A stretch of DNA of 64,000 bases from Promethearchaeota archaeon (GTDB lineage Archaea; Asgardarchaeota; Lokiarchaeia; Sigyniarchaeales; SOKP01). Positions within the stretch are counted from its first letter, which is position 1. Each line of letters opens with the position of its first letter. The translations under genes were made by a program, and so were the position numbers. The stretch is taken from the NCBI GenBank assembly GCA_016840085.1, contig JAEOTA010000018.1, forward strand, positions 96,001 to 160,000. Reading direction: 5' to 3'. Of this stretch, positions 10,247 to 19,765 are shown one piece after another. The notes under the pieces were generated by a model. That model was not told the DNA's origin. It ran no database searches and saw only the letters and a list, made by a program, of their open reading frames with translations.

Positions 10247-10456
10247 GTTAATTGAAATTATTATTTAATTATTAATTTAATTGATGATGAAAGTATTATT
10301 GATTTTTTTTATAAATACAGTATCGCTTCTTAAGATAGGAATTTTACAATTTAATAAATCTTTAAGACAGTAAACATTAAAAAAGATTATTAACGATTTT
10401 TCTATTATTATCCACTCTAAGTATCTTTATAAAATTTCAACCAAAACAAAAAATAC

Positions 10457-12421
10457 TCACGAATTCCAAAAAGGATTTAGATTCTTAAATATAGCATCAG
10501 GTCTATCAGGGATTATTTCCAATTCTTTTCTTATCCACTCTGATATCCATTTATATTTTGTTTTAAATCTACTGTCCATAAAAATTATTGCTCCTTTATC
10601 AGCAATTTTTCTTATTGGTCTTCCGGAAGCTTGATTTGCTCGTTGAATAGCTGGATATAAATATGCAAAATTCCAGCCTTGTCTATTAAATACCTTGTCG
10701 TAATATTTTATTTTTGCCTCAACTCGAGGAGTTGGTAGATGATACGGGAAACCTGCTATTATAACAGAATTCATAAAATTCCCCGGATAGTCTTCTCCTT
10801 CTGAATTTCTCCCACCACAAACTCCTAATAAGACTGCACCTCCATTTGAAGCCATGTTTTTGAAGTCATCCACTAATAAAGCATTTTCAGAGGCTGACAA
10901 ACCAGATTCCTCAAAAAATAATTTTTTATTATTTTTTTCTATTACAAATTCTATCCCATTCCTTATGAGTCCTCTAAGAATTTGATAAGAAGCACAAAAA
11001 ATTCCAATATTTGCAGGAGTTGTACATATCACTTCATTAATTTTATCAATCATTTTTTTAAACATGATTGGTGTTCTATTAACTCTTTTAGTATTTACTC
11101 CTTCAGTTATAATAGCCTTAATATTTTTCTTACTAAATGGGGAATCTGCGATTATTCCTTTATAACTCTTTCCACAATCATTTAATCCCATTAAATTATT
11201 ATAAACATATGGATTAACAGTTCCAGAGAGATTTAAAGAGGTATAACCTCTTTTCAAGATGGGAATAACAATTTCTCTAGGATCCAATGCTACAATTTCA
11301 AGTGAGATTGATTTTCTTCCTTTAACTTCTTTAACATTATAACAGAAAAAATAGTTATCTAAGGAATATGTGTTCAACCATTTCAACCAAAATTCTGCCA
11401 AGTAACCAACAAAATCTCTTGAAATTTCACCATTTGCTAGTTTTTCCTCATGTATTGAAAGGCCAAAATCATTAAAATCTTCAATAAAATTCTTAAATCT
11501 GTTTAGATCATTAAAACCTAATTTTTTATAAATTATTTCTAAAAACTTATCAGGTTTAATTGCCTTTTCTTCAATTCTTAGATCTTCTTTTTGCGTGTTT
11601 AATTGATCTATTAATATTTTAGCAAAACTCTGCATTAGAATAGGAGATCTATACATTTCTAGATCTTTCAAACATAACCTTAATGAATATGGTGTAATTT
11701 TTTTTGAACTTACTTCTGTAGCAACGTCTATTACATTATGACATTCATCTATTACTAAAATACAACTTTGAAGTTCTTTACCAATAAATTCTAAAAAAGA
11801 TTCACGAATAAATGGATTAAAAATCCATTGATAATTGCATATAATAACTTTCATTTTCTCAAGTAAGAACTTACTTAAAAAATAAGGACAAAATTTTTTT
11901 TCCTTACAGAACATTATGAGTTCTTCGGCATCTATAGGTTTATTAAACAATTCTGGTGCAATTAATAAGGGATTTTCAGTTTGTCCTTTTTTTTTTAATA
12001 AGTTGATAAAATGTCTGCAACTCCTATTTTTCCGTAAATCGCTACAAACTGACATTGCTTCTCTTGGATTTAACTTAAGAGATAATAAAGTTTCATTTAG
12101 GCACATCTCATTTCTACCTCTTATCGAAAGCCCATTAATCTTAACTCCAAGATGGGCATCGTTTATTTTTTGTGAGATCTTTATCAATTCTTTGATTATC
12201 CGCCGATTTTGAGAATGTGTTCTGCACATATAAATAATTTTAAGATCTTTTTCAAAAGCTAAAGGTAGAAGTCCACAGAGAGCAATTATTGTCTTTCCTG
12301 TTCCATTAGGGGCTGATAATAAAGTGATCTTTTTTGATCTTGAACTCAATTCGATCTGCTTAGTAATATTCTCTTGATTTTCTCTGAATTGCTTGTATGG
12401 AAAAAAAGATAAATAATCTAT
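10457..12421 (-). CDS. xpd: XPD/Rad3-type Fe-S DNA helicase; start extended to ATA at 12421
   Basis: APNGTGKT, RTHSQ, Fe-S Cys (EMC, VC, SC, CPY), DECHN, SGT, SEGEDY, QASGRPIR. The Q-motif FPYKQFRENQ is in frame upstream of the track start at 12349. Confidence 0.9.
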   Translation of the reverse strand: MDYLSFFPYKQFRENQENITKQIELSSRSKKITLLSAPNGTGKTIIALCGLLPLAFEKDLKIIYMCRTHSQNRRIIKELIKISQKINDAHLGVKINGLSIRGRNEMCLNETLLSLKLNPREAMSVCSDLRKNRSCRHFINLLKKKGQTENPLLIAPELFNKPIDAEELIMFCKEKKFCPYFLSKFLLEKMKVIICNYQWIFNPFIRESFLEFIGKELQSCILVIDECHNVIDVATEVSSKKITPYSLRLCLKDLEMYRSPILMQSFAKILIDQLNTQKEDLRIEEKAIKPDKFLEIIYKKLGFNDLNRFKNFIEDFNDFGLSIHEEKLANGEISRDFVGYLAEFWLKWLNTYSLDNYFFCYNVKEVKGRKSISLEIVALDPREIVIPILKRGYTSLNLSGTVNPYVYNNLMGLNDCGKSYKGIIADSPFSKKNIKAIITEGVNTKRVNRTPIMFKKMIDKINEVICTTPANIGIFCASYQILRGLIRNGIEFVIEKNNKKLFFEESGLSASENALLVDDFKNMASNGGAVLLGVCGGRNSEGEDYPGNFMNSVIIAGFPYHLPTPRVEAKIKYYDKVFNRQGWNFAYLYPAIQRANQASGRPIRKIADKGAIIFMDSRFKTKYKWISEWIRKELEIIPDRPDAIFKNLNPFWNS

Positions 12422-12519
12422 CCTAGTACACCAAATTCTAATATATAAAATTGATACGATTTTAACCCTTATATTACCATAGACTATAAAAATTTATTTA
12501 TTAAGAATAGGCAGTAAAG

Positions 12520-13956
12520 TTAATCATGTAATACAGGTTTTCTCGCAGCAAGAACAGCATCTAAACGTTTAACAGGCATGCGATAGGGGGCATTTTTTAA
12601 AAGTTCTGGATTATCTTTTGCTTCTTCTTTAATTTTATTCATTATTTCAACAAAAGAATCTAGAGATTTTTTTGATTCAGTTTCAGTAGGCTCTATCATT
12701 AAAGCACCTTGAACTATTAATGGAAAATAAATGGTTGGTGCGTATATTCCATAATCTAAAATACGTTTAGCAATATCTTCTGTAGTGATATCATTTGCCA
12801 TATCTCTATCTGAAAGTATAAATTCATGTTTACAGATTCTGTTGTATGGAAGATTATAATTCTGCTGTAATAAAACTCTTAAATAATTTGCATTTAAAAC
12901 CGCAATCTGACCAACTTTTTTCAGTCCGTCAGCGCCTAGTGCTAAAATATATGCATAAGCTCTTATAATTACTCCGAAATTGCCCCAAAATGCTTTAATT
13001 CTTCCAATTGATTTGTCATTGCTTTCTCGACATATTATCCCGTCCTTAGTTGAGATTAAAAAGGGTTCAGGAAGAAAATCAATTAATTCATTTACAACGC
13101 CAATAGGTCCAGATCCTGGTCCACCCCCACCATGTGGTGTAGAAAAAGTCTTATGTAGATTTAGATGAACAATATCAAATCCCATATCCTTAGGACGGCA
13201 TATTCCTAACATTGGATTTAGGTTTGCTCCATCATAATAACATAATCCACCATTATCATGTACAATTCGTGTGATCTCCTTTATTTGTCTATCAAAAACT
13301 CCTAAAGTATTAGGATTAGTAAGCATAATTCCAGCAACATCGCCTTCTAGCATAGCAAATTCCAATTGATCCAATGGAACCTCTCCATTTTCATCTGACT
13401 TTAATTCTATAATCGAGAATCCTGCCATTTTTGCAGAAGCAGGATTAGTGCCATGTGCAGAATCGGGAATTATTATTTTTCCTTTTTTGAGGTTTTTATT
13501 CTCAAAATACTTTTTTATAATTAATAATCCGACTAATTCTCCATGAGCTCCCGCTGCTGGTTGTAAAGTGAACCCTTCCATCCCAGTTATTTCTTCTAAT
13601 GATTCTGATAATCTATGCATAATTTCCAGAGCACCATGATTTTTTTCTTGTAATGGATGAATTTGGGAAAATTCTGGCAAACGGGCAATAATTTCATTAA
13701 TTTTTGGATTATATTTCATAGTGCAGGATCCTAAGGGATAAATTCCTGTATCAACACCATAATTTTTTTGGCTTAAGTTGATGAAATGACGAACTATCTC
13801 TACTTCTGGAACATTAGGAATGGAAATGTCTTTCCTTTGAAGCGTTTTAGGAATAATTTCGTCCAGATTAATGGTCCTAATATCCATAGCTGGTATAAAA
13901 TTGCATAGTTCATTCTCATTTCCTTTTTCAAAAATTGACGTTGGTTTTGAGTTTAT
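12520..13956 (-). CDS. gcvPB: Glycine dehydrogenase (decarboxylating) subunit 2; start probably ATA at 13956
   Basis: YPLGSCTMKYNP, QPAAGAHGE, SAHGTNPASA, PLP motif HLNLHKTFSTPHGGGGPG. The conserved IFEK motif is in frame upstream of the track ATG at 13887. Confidence 0.95.
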   Translation of the reverse strand: MNSKPTSIFEKGNENELCNFIPAMDIRTINLDEIIPKTLQRKDISIPNVPEVEIVRHFINLSQKNYGVDTGIYPLGSCTMKYNPKINEIIARLPEFSQIHPLQEKNHGALEIMHRLSESLEEITGMEGFTLQPAAGAHGELVGLLIIKKYFENKNLKKGKIIIPDSAHGTNPASAKMAGFSIIELKSDENGEVPLDQLEFAMLEGDVAGIMLTNPNTLGVFDRQIKEITRIVHDNGGLCYYDGANLNPMLGICRPKDMGFDIVHLNLHKTFSTPHGGGGPGSGPIGVVNELIDFLPEPFLISTKDGIICRESNDKSIGRIKAFWGNFGVIIRAYAYILALGADGLKKVGQIAVLNANYLRVLLQQNYNLPYNRICKHEFILSDRDMANDITTEDIAKRILDYGIYAPTIYFPLIVQGALMIEPTETESKKSLDSFVEIMNKIKEEAKDNPELLKNAPYRMPVKRLDAVLAARKPVLHD

Positions 13957-15317
13957 ATTCTTTCACCATCCTCGTTATTTTTTAAAGCTATTTTAGCTGC
14001 CTTTATAAAATTATCTATAGATTTTTTTGAATTCATTTCAGTGACGCAAACTAATGCAGTACCTTTCATTTCGGGGTAAAATTTTGTAATTTTCAGAGGT
14101 GGAAGTAAATTCATCTTATAGCAATGCTCAATGAAAGCATCTAAATTAGGACATTGGATTAAAAATTCATTGTACGTTGGTTTAACATTTAAAATTTTAT
14201 AACCTGGAACTTTACTAAGCTCTCTTTTTACGTAATTGGATTTTTGAATATTCTGAATCGCAACTTTCCGAAGACCAGTTCTACCTAAAGCTAAAAGGTA
14301 CGTCAGTGCTGCTAACGAGCATAATGCTTGGTTAGTACAGATATTCGAAGATGCTTTCTCTCGTCGAATATGTTGTTCACGTGCTTGTAATGTTAAAAGA
14401 AATCCTTCTTTTTCACCGTTAATTTCTTTAGTCTTTCCTATCAATCTTCCGGGAATTTTTCTCAAAAATTTCTGTTTTGTAGCAAAAATTCCTAAACCAG
14501 GCCCACCGAAAGATGGATTTATTCCAAAAGATTGCCCTTCTGCTACAAAAATATCTATATTTGTTTCTCCTGGAGGTTTCAAAATTCCTAGACATGTAGG
14601 ATCAGTCATGACTTGAATTAATAAACAGTTAGGGAACTTTTGCTTTACATCCTTTGCTAACTGTGAAATATCATTAATATCTCCGAAAAAATTAGGATTT
14701 TGAAATAGTACTGCTGCATCATCATTATCTAATTTATTTAATAGATTATCTTCTGTTGCTGATTTTATTAAAATATTTTGACCCCAACAATATGTTTTTA
14801 CAACCTCTAAATATTCTGGGTGAATTCCTTCAAGCATCATTATAGATTTTTTGTTAGTAATGATTGTAGCCATAATTGCAGCTTCTGCAAGAGCCGTGGA
14901 TCCATCATACATACTTGCATTGGCTACATCCATTTGAGTAAGTCGTGAAATAATTGTTTGATATTCATAAATAGCTTGTAAATATCCCTGACTTGCTTCA
15001 GCTTGATATGGTGTATAAGATGTATAAAATTCCGATCTAGAAATAACAAAATCTACTAATGAAGGAATATAATGATAATAACATCCTGCTCCTAAAAAAG
15101 CACTTGAATATAATTTATTTTTATTTGCTATTTCTTCTAATTTTCGTAAAAGATCTGGTTCTGAAAGAGATGAAGGTAAATCTAACTTTTCCAAATGCAA
15201 ATCTTTTGGAATGTCGTGAAATAAATCATCTAATTTACTAACACCTATTATTTTTAACATTTCTTTTACACTTAAATCATCATGAGGTACAAAATCCATC
15301 CAAGACACCTCAAACAT
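13953..15317 (-). CDS. gcvPA: Glycine dehydrogenase (decarboxylating) subunit 1 (start possibly ATG 15299)
   Basis: FLGAGCY, EFYTSYTPYQAEASQG, NASMYDG, LQAREQHIRREKASSNICTNQAL. Confidence 0.95.
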   Translation of the reverse strand: MFEVSWMDFVPHDDLSVKEMLKIIGVSKLDDLFHDIPKDLHLEKLDLPSSLSEPDLLRKLEEIANKNKLYSSAFLGAGCYYHYIPSLVDFVISRSEFYTSYTPYQAEASQGYLQAIYEYQTIISRLTQMDVANASMYDGSTALAEAAIMATIITNKKSIMMLEGIHPEYLEVVKTYCWGQNILIKSATEDNLLNKLDNDDAAVLFQNPNFFGDINDISQLAKDVKQKFPNCLLIQVMTDPTCLGILKPPGETNIDIFVAEGQSFGINPSFGGPGLGIFATKQKFLRKIPGRLIGKTKEINGEKEGFLLTLQAREQHIRREKASSNICTNQALCSLAALTYLLALGRTGLRKVAIQNIQKSNYVKRELSKVPGYKILNVKPTYNEFLIQCPNLDAFIEHCYKMNLLPPLKITKFYPEMKGTALVCVTEMNSKKSIDNFIKAAKIALKNNEDGERI

Positions 15318-15359
15318 AAAAATTATGAGTAGTTAATTTAAAAAAGAAGAAAAAAAACA

Positions 15360-15764
15360 TTAATGATCCTCTTGTTCGATCAATTCTTTATATTGTTCGA
15401 GTGACAGAAGATCTCCTATTTCATCATTATGATTAACTTTTATTTTTATTATCCAACCATCTTCATATGGAGATTTATTTATTAATTCTGGGTTATTGGT
15501 AAGGTTTTCATTGGTTTCAATAATTTCTCCTGACAGTGGCATTAAAACATCACCTACAGCTTTTACAGACTCAATTTCTGCAGTGTTACTGCCCTTTTCA
15601 AATACCATACCAACATCAGGGAGCTCAATGAAAACAATATCTCCTAGTTGATGTTGTGCATAGTCAGTAATCCCTACTGTACCAATATTATCTTTGATTT
15701 TTATCCATTCGTGAGTAGAGGTATAATTTATATCATTAGGTAATTTGTAATCCATAATTTTCAC
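15360..15764 (-). CDS. gcvH: Glycine cleavage system H protein
   Basis: HEWI, VGITDYAQHQLGDIVF, lipoyl-Lys IESVKA, PELIN.SPY..GWI. Confidence 0.95.
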   Translation of the reverse strand: MKIMDYKLPNDINYTSTHEWIKIKDNIGTVGITDYAQHQLGDIVFIELPDVGMVFEKGSNTAEIESVKAVGDVLMPLSGEIIETNENLTNNPELINKSPYEDGWIIKIKVNHNDEIGDLLSLEQYKELIEQEDH

Positions 15765-15793
15765 TTATTTTCTAAAACTTTAATTATTTGTCC

Positions 15794-16891
15794 TTACACA
15801 TTTCTATAAAAAGGCGTTTGTACGATGATTCCTCTTAAAAGTTTGTTTCTAATTTCAATTTCCAATTCTGTACCAACTTCCTTATATTGAGTTTTTATTA
15901 GACCTAAACCAATAGTCTTCTCTAGAGTTGGTGAATAACCACCAGAAGTTACATACCCAATTTCATTTTCATCTTTAAAAATTTTATAGTTTTCTCTTAT
16001 AATACCCTTATCTATTAAGTTTAGTCCAACTAATGTTCTTTCTGTTCCTTCTGATTTCTGTTTCATTAATACTTCTTTACCAAGATAATCTATTGCTTCT
16101 TTTGGTTTGGCTAACCAATTAAGCCCAGCTTCAATAGGAGTAATTGAATCACTAATCTCATGACCATATAATGAATAACATGCCTCTAATCTCAAGGAGT
16201 CTCTTGCACCTAATCCAGCAGGAGTTGCACCTATTTCTATTAAAATGTTCCAGATTTTCACAGCATATTTATTCTCAAGTGAAAGTTCAAACCCACGTTC
16301 CCCTGTGTATCCTGTTCTTGTAATAAAAATAGGTATGTTATTTAACTTACAATGTGCAAAATAGAATCTATTTATCTTTGCTAAATCAACATCTACTAAT
16401 GGTTGTAAGAGAGTATCGCTTTCTGGACCCTGAAAGGCTAACCTAGATCGTTCATTTGAAAGGTTTGATATCTTTACATCTTGATTCTTAATATGTTTAT
16501 TTAACCATTGCTGATCCTTTTCAATATTAACAGCATTCACAATCATTCTAAAAAAGTCTTCATTTTCCTCATAGTAAACTAAGTCATCAACAACTGTACC
16601 ATTCTCATAGCACATACAAGAATATTGCCCTTTTGATTTCTCTAATAAATTCAAATCATTTATCATTATATATTGAAGAAAAGGGATAATATCTCTACCT
16701 TTTAGAATAAATTCTCCCATATGTGAGATATCAAACACTCCAGCTTTAGATCTAACTGCGTTATGCTCCTTTATGATACTCTCGTATTGTACTGGCATAA
16801 AAAAGTTAGCAAACTCAACCATTCTTGCGCCAAGTTTTATATGTTCCTCATAAAGTGGAGTTTTTTTCAATATCTTGTGTTCTTCATTCAT
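15794..16891 (-). CDS. gcvT: Glycine cleavage system aminomethyltransferase T
   Basis: KTPLY, FDISHMGE, RTGYTGERGFE, GLGARDSLRLEA, VTSGGYSPTL. Confidence 0.95.
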   Translation of the reverse strand: MNEEHKILKKTPLYEEHIKLGARMVEFANFFMPVQYESIIKEHNAVRSKAGVFDISHMGEFILKGRDIIPFLQYIMINDLNLLEKSKGQYSCMCYENGTVVDDLVYYEENEDFFRMIVNAVNIEKDQQWLNKHIKNQDVKISNLSNERSRLAFQGPESDTLLQPLVDVDLAKINRFYFAHCKLNNIPIFITRTGYTGERGFELSLENKYAVKIWNILIEIGATPAGLGARDSLRLEACYSLYGHEISDSITPIEAGLNWLAKPKEAIDYLGKEVLMKQKSEGTERTLVGLNLIDKGIIRENYKIFKDENEIGYVTSGGYSPTLEKTIGLGLIKTQYKEVGTELEIEIRNKLLRGIIVQTPFYRNV

Positions 16892-17056
16892 TTTTACTAC
16901 ACTCTTTTAATAGCATTAATGTGTAAATCATTAATATAAATTAATGATTAAATTAAATTTTTAGGGTTAAATGTAATCCTTTATTTAAGATTAATACTGA
17001 AAAATCAATATCAATAATCATAAAAGTTTAATTATTAAGCTTATTTTTATAAAAAA

Positions 17057-17962
17057 ATGAATGATGATAAAAATAATAAGAATTATTTCTTATCTTTTAT
17101 AGATATAATAAATGAGAGCTTAATAAGAGACTTCATTTTATTCAGCTTCCTTTTTGTATTAGTATTAACTCAAGTATGGGACAATATTTTTTTATTGTTA
17201 TTTCCTTTAATTACATTTTCATTTTCATTATTTTTTAGAGTAATTAACACAAATAAATGGAGAACTGAATTTGATAATAGTCCTATTATTTACAATCCTT
17301 TAGGATTAGAAAAAAAACATGCGAATCGATTATTTTTTTCAGCTTTAATCCAATTGCTCTTAATATTTTGGATGGGGAGTGAGTCTTTATATCATCCACA
17401 TTTGATTACAGAATATATTCCGTACTTTACGATTTTATTTATTTTCTCATATACTTTTGGATTTTTTTGGATTTTTCTTGATTTTTGGAAATATTCTAAA
17501 ATAGAGATAACTACCAGATCAAATGATCTAAAATCTTCTCAAGAGAGTGAGAAAGCTTTTTCTCATGATTTAAGCAAAGTCATATCTTTCTTAAAAATGA
17601 AAGAGTTTATAATAATTTCTATTGTTAATTTTTCGGTATTTGTTGTTTTAAATCTTATAAATTTGATATCTATGATACTTATACAAAATAATTTCCCTTT
17701 GAGATTAGAGCTTAATTTACCAGGAACAAGAAGCCAAGGGTCAAATCCAATAACCTTACCATTAAGTTTCTACGGTTTCCTTATTATTTCACCTGTATTA
17801 ACAATTATTTTTCTAATTTTTAATTATAGATTTATTAACAATATTAATATAGAAAAACTACATGAGATTCTTGAGTCCTTACCAAGAACCATTCAAATAA
17901 AAGTAATTGAAAACCTTAAAACATTGAATAACAAAATAGAAGAAGATTTGAAAATTGAATAA
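17057..17962 (+). CDS. Hypothetical polytopic membrane protein
   Basis: 301-aa ORF with about 6 hydrophobic segments; no recognised family. Confidence 0.7.
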   Translation: MNDDKNNKNYFLSFIDIINESLIRDFILFSFLFVLVLTQVWDNIFLLLFPLITFSFSLFFRVINTNKWRTEFDNSPIIYNPLGLEKKHANRLFFSALIQLLLIFWMGSESLYHPHLITEYIPYFTILFIFSYTFGFFWIFLDFWKYSKIEITTRSNDLKSSQESEKAFSHDLSKVISFLKMKEFIIISIVNFSVFVVLNLINLISMILIQNNFPLRLELNLPGTRSQGSNPITLPLSFYGFLIISPVLTIIFLIFNYRFINNINIEKLHEILESLPRTIQIKVIENLKTLNNKIEEDLKIE

Positions 17963-18020
17963 AATTTAATTAAATCAAGTTTAATATTAATAATAATAGT
18001 GTTTAGATTAAATTTGGATC

Positions 18021-18557
18021 TTGATTATGGCTCAGCAAAAGCTATTATTCAAAGTCGTCGTTGTAGGTGATGGCGGAATTGGTAAAAGCACTATGGTTCA
18101 GAGATTGACAACGGGTCAATTCATTCCGCAAAAGATTACAATAGGAACAGATCTAGCGGTAGAAGAGATCCAAGTTAATGAGAGGATTACAGTGCGACTT
18201 CAAATATGGGATTTTGCAGGAGAACGACGGTTTAGACTCTTTTTACCTAATTATTCAAGAGGTGCTACTGGTTGTTTATTATGTTATGATATAACCCGGC
18301 GAAGTAGCTTTGATAACTTGATTGAATGGTATGATATTGTAAGTAATAATGCTGATAATCCCGTAATTATTTTAGTTGGAGAAAAACTTGATTTAGTAGA
18401 TGTTAGAAGGAGTGTTGACTATGAACAAGCCGAAGAGTTTAAAGAAAAATATAATTTAGATTATTTTTTTGAAACATCTTCCAAGAGTGGTGAAAATAAT
18501 AATGCAGTTTTTACAACATTAACAAGCTCTATTTTGAAAAAACGGGGATATATATAA
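18021..18557 (+). CDS. Rab-like small GTPase (Ras superfamily)
   Basis: G1 GDGGIGKS, G2 TIG, G3 WDFAGE, G4 GEKLD, G5 ETSSK; no C-terminal Cys for prenylation. Confidence 0.9.
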   Translation: MIMAQQKLLFKVVVVGDGGIGKSTMVQRLTTGQFIPQKITIGTDLAVEEIQVNERITVRLQIWDFAGERRFRLFLPNYSRGATGCLLCYDITRRSSFDNLIEWYDIVSNNADNPVIILVGEKLDLVDVRRSVDYEQAEEFKEKYNLDYFFETSSKSGENNNAVFTTLTSSILKKRGYI

Positions 18558-18649
18558 TGATTTAAATTTAGTTGTGACGAAAATCAACTAAGATTTAATT
18601 AAAATAAATATAAAAAAAATATTAGTAAAAATAGTATTTATTATTTCTA

Positions 18650-19594
18650 TTACTCTTCAAGTATATCTTTTAATTCATCAACATTAAAATTAAGATACTT
18701 AGCTGTTATTAAATCTTTCCCAAGAAGAGTTAAAAAATTTTTCTTTCGCTTTTTATTTAGGAATTTTTTCATCTCAGATAAATCTGGATTTGGATCAGTG
18801 ATTTCAAGCAATTTCTTCTTAAGCGCAGTATCAACAACTTTTTGCCCTATATCTGTTCTAATAATAAGAAAAGCTTCCCCAGATCCTTTTGGAGCGCCCC
18901 AGGGGGAGTAAGATATGTCTGAAAATTCTCCAGAAAAGTCAGTACAATATTTGCATCCTGTCATACCACCTGAAGAGCAGGCAAACGCAATCTTTAGGCT
19001 TGTTCGCTCAGCTCCCGTGTTAAAGTCTGAAGTAAGAATTTTCGCAAGACCTTGGAGATGACATGGATTACCTATGATTCCAATATCACGTTTATAATCT
19101 TTGTAAGCCTGTCCTATACCAGTAATTAATGGTCCTGCATTATCCATTGTCTTCTTTGGGATGTATTTTTTCGCATCTTTAACATTATCAACTACAACTG
19201 GGAAAGCAACTGGAGGTTTTTTGCTTTTAGGTTCACTTAAAACCATATGTTTTACAATACCCGCATCAAATGCAGCAACTACAAGATTATACAAGATATC
19301 ATTCTTATTACTTGATTTAACTTGAATTATATCATTGTAAACGCCAACACCTAAATCAACACGTGTTTTACCATATAATTTTTGTTCCATTTCTGATATT
19401 CGTAAAAAACTCCTTGGACACGCATTATAACATAAACCTATCGTTTCAGCACATTCATCTACAACAAAAGCTTCTCCCGTTTCTTGGTTAAAATCCATAT
19501 GTGGGCAAAAGGCATTACAACTTCCACAATGAATGCATAGTCCAGCATATATTACCTCATTTTCGAGATCTTGACTTGATTTTTCGACTTTCAT
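18650..19594 (-). CDS. FrhB/FdhB-family (F420 hydrogenase/dehydrogenase beta-like) protein with N-terminal ferredoxin
   Basis: GLCIHCGSCNAFCP...GLCYNACPR; IGNPCH; GCKYCTDFSGEFSDIS; IRTDIG. Confidence 0.75.
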   Translation of the reverse strand: MKVEKSSQDLENEVIYAGLCIHCGSCNAFCPHMDFNQETGEAFVVDECAETIGLCYNACPRSFLRISEMEQKLYGKTRVDLGVGVYNDIIQVKSSNKNDILYNLVVAAFDAGIVKHMVLSEPKSKKPPVAFPVVVDNVKDAKKYIPKKTMDNAGPLITGIGQAYKDYKRDIGIIGNPCHLQGLAKILTSDFNTGAERTSLKIAFACSSGGMTGCKYCTDFSGEFSDISYSPWGAPKGSGEAFLIIRTDIGQKVVDTALKKKLLEITDPNPDLSEMKKFLNKKRKKNFLTLLGKDLITAKYLNFNVDELKDILEE

Positions 19595-19627
19595 TTAATT
19601 ATAACACATACTTCATTATTTCTGTTT

Positions 19628-19643
19628 GTGTGAAACTTCACAC
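19628..19643. promoter_or_regulatory. Palindrome GTGTGAA-AC-TTCACAC, candidate operator, nested in a larger inverted repeat (19615-19658)
   Basis: Perfect 7-bp arms plus outer arms ATTATTTCT/AGAAATAAT; lies between the divergent frhB-like and rhaA genes. Confidence 0.45.
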
Positions 19644-19765
19644 TATAATAGAAATAATAGAACACAAAATATAAAGTTTAAACTTTCCTTTTAACAGACT
19701 AAAAATATAAGATAATTGCTTTTTTCATTATATTCAAAAAAATCAAATAAATTATATAGTTAAAA

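Noticed and set aside
13963-13965. In-frame TGA upstream of gcvPB as possible selenocysteine or readthrough codon
   Set aside because: It is part of the GGTGA SD inside the gcvPA coding region and is not at a conserved Cys position.
19615-19658. Possible SECIS element beside a redox gene
   Set aside because: The frhB-like ORF has no in-frame TGA and the hairpin lacks a recognisable AUGA/GA core.
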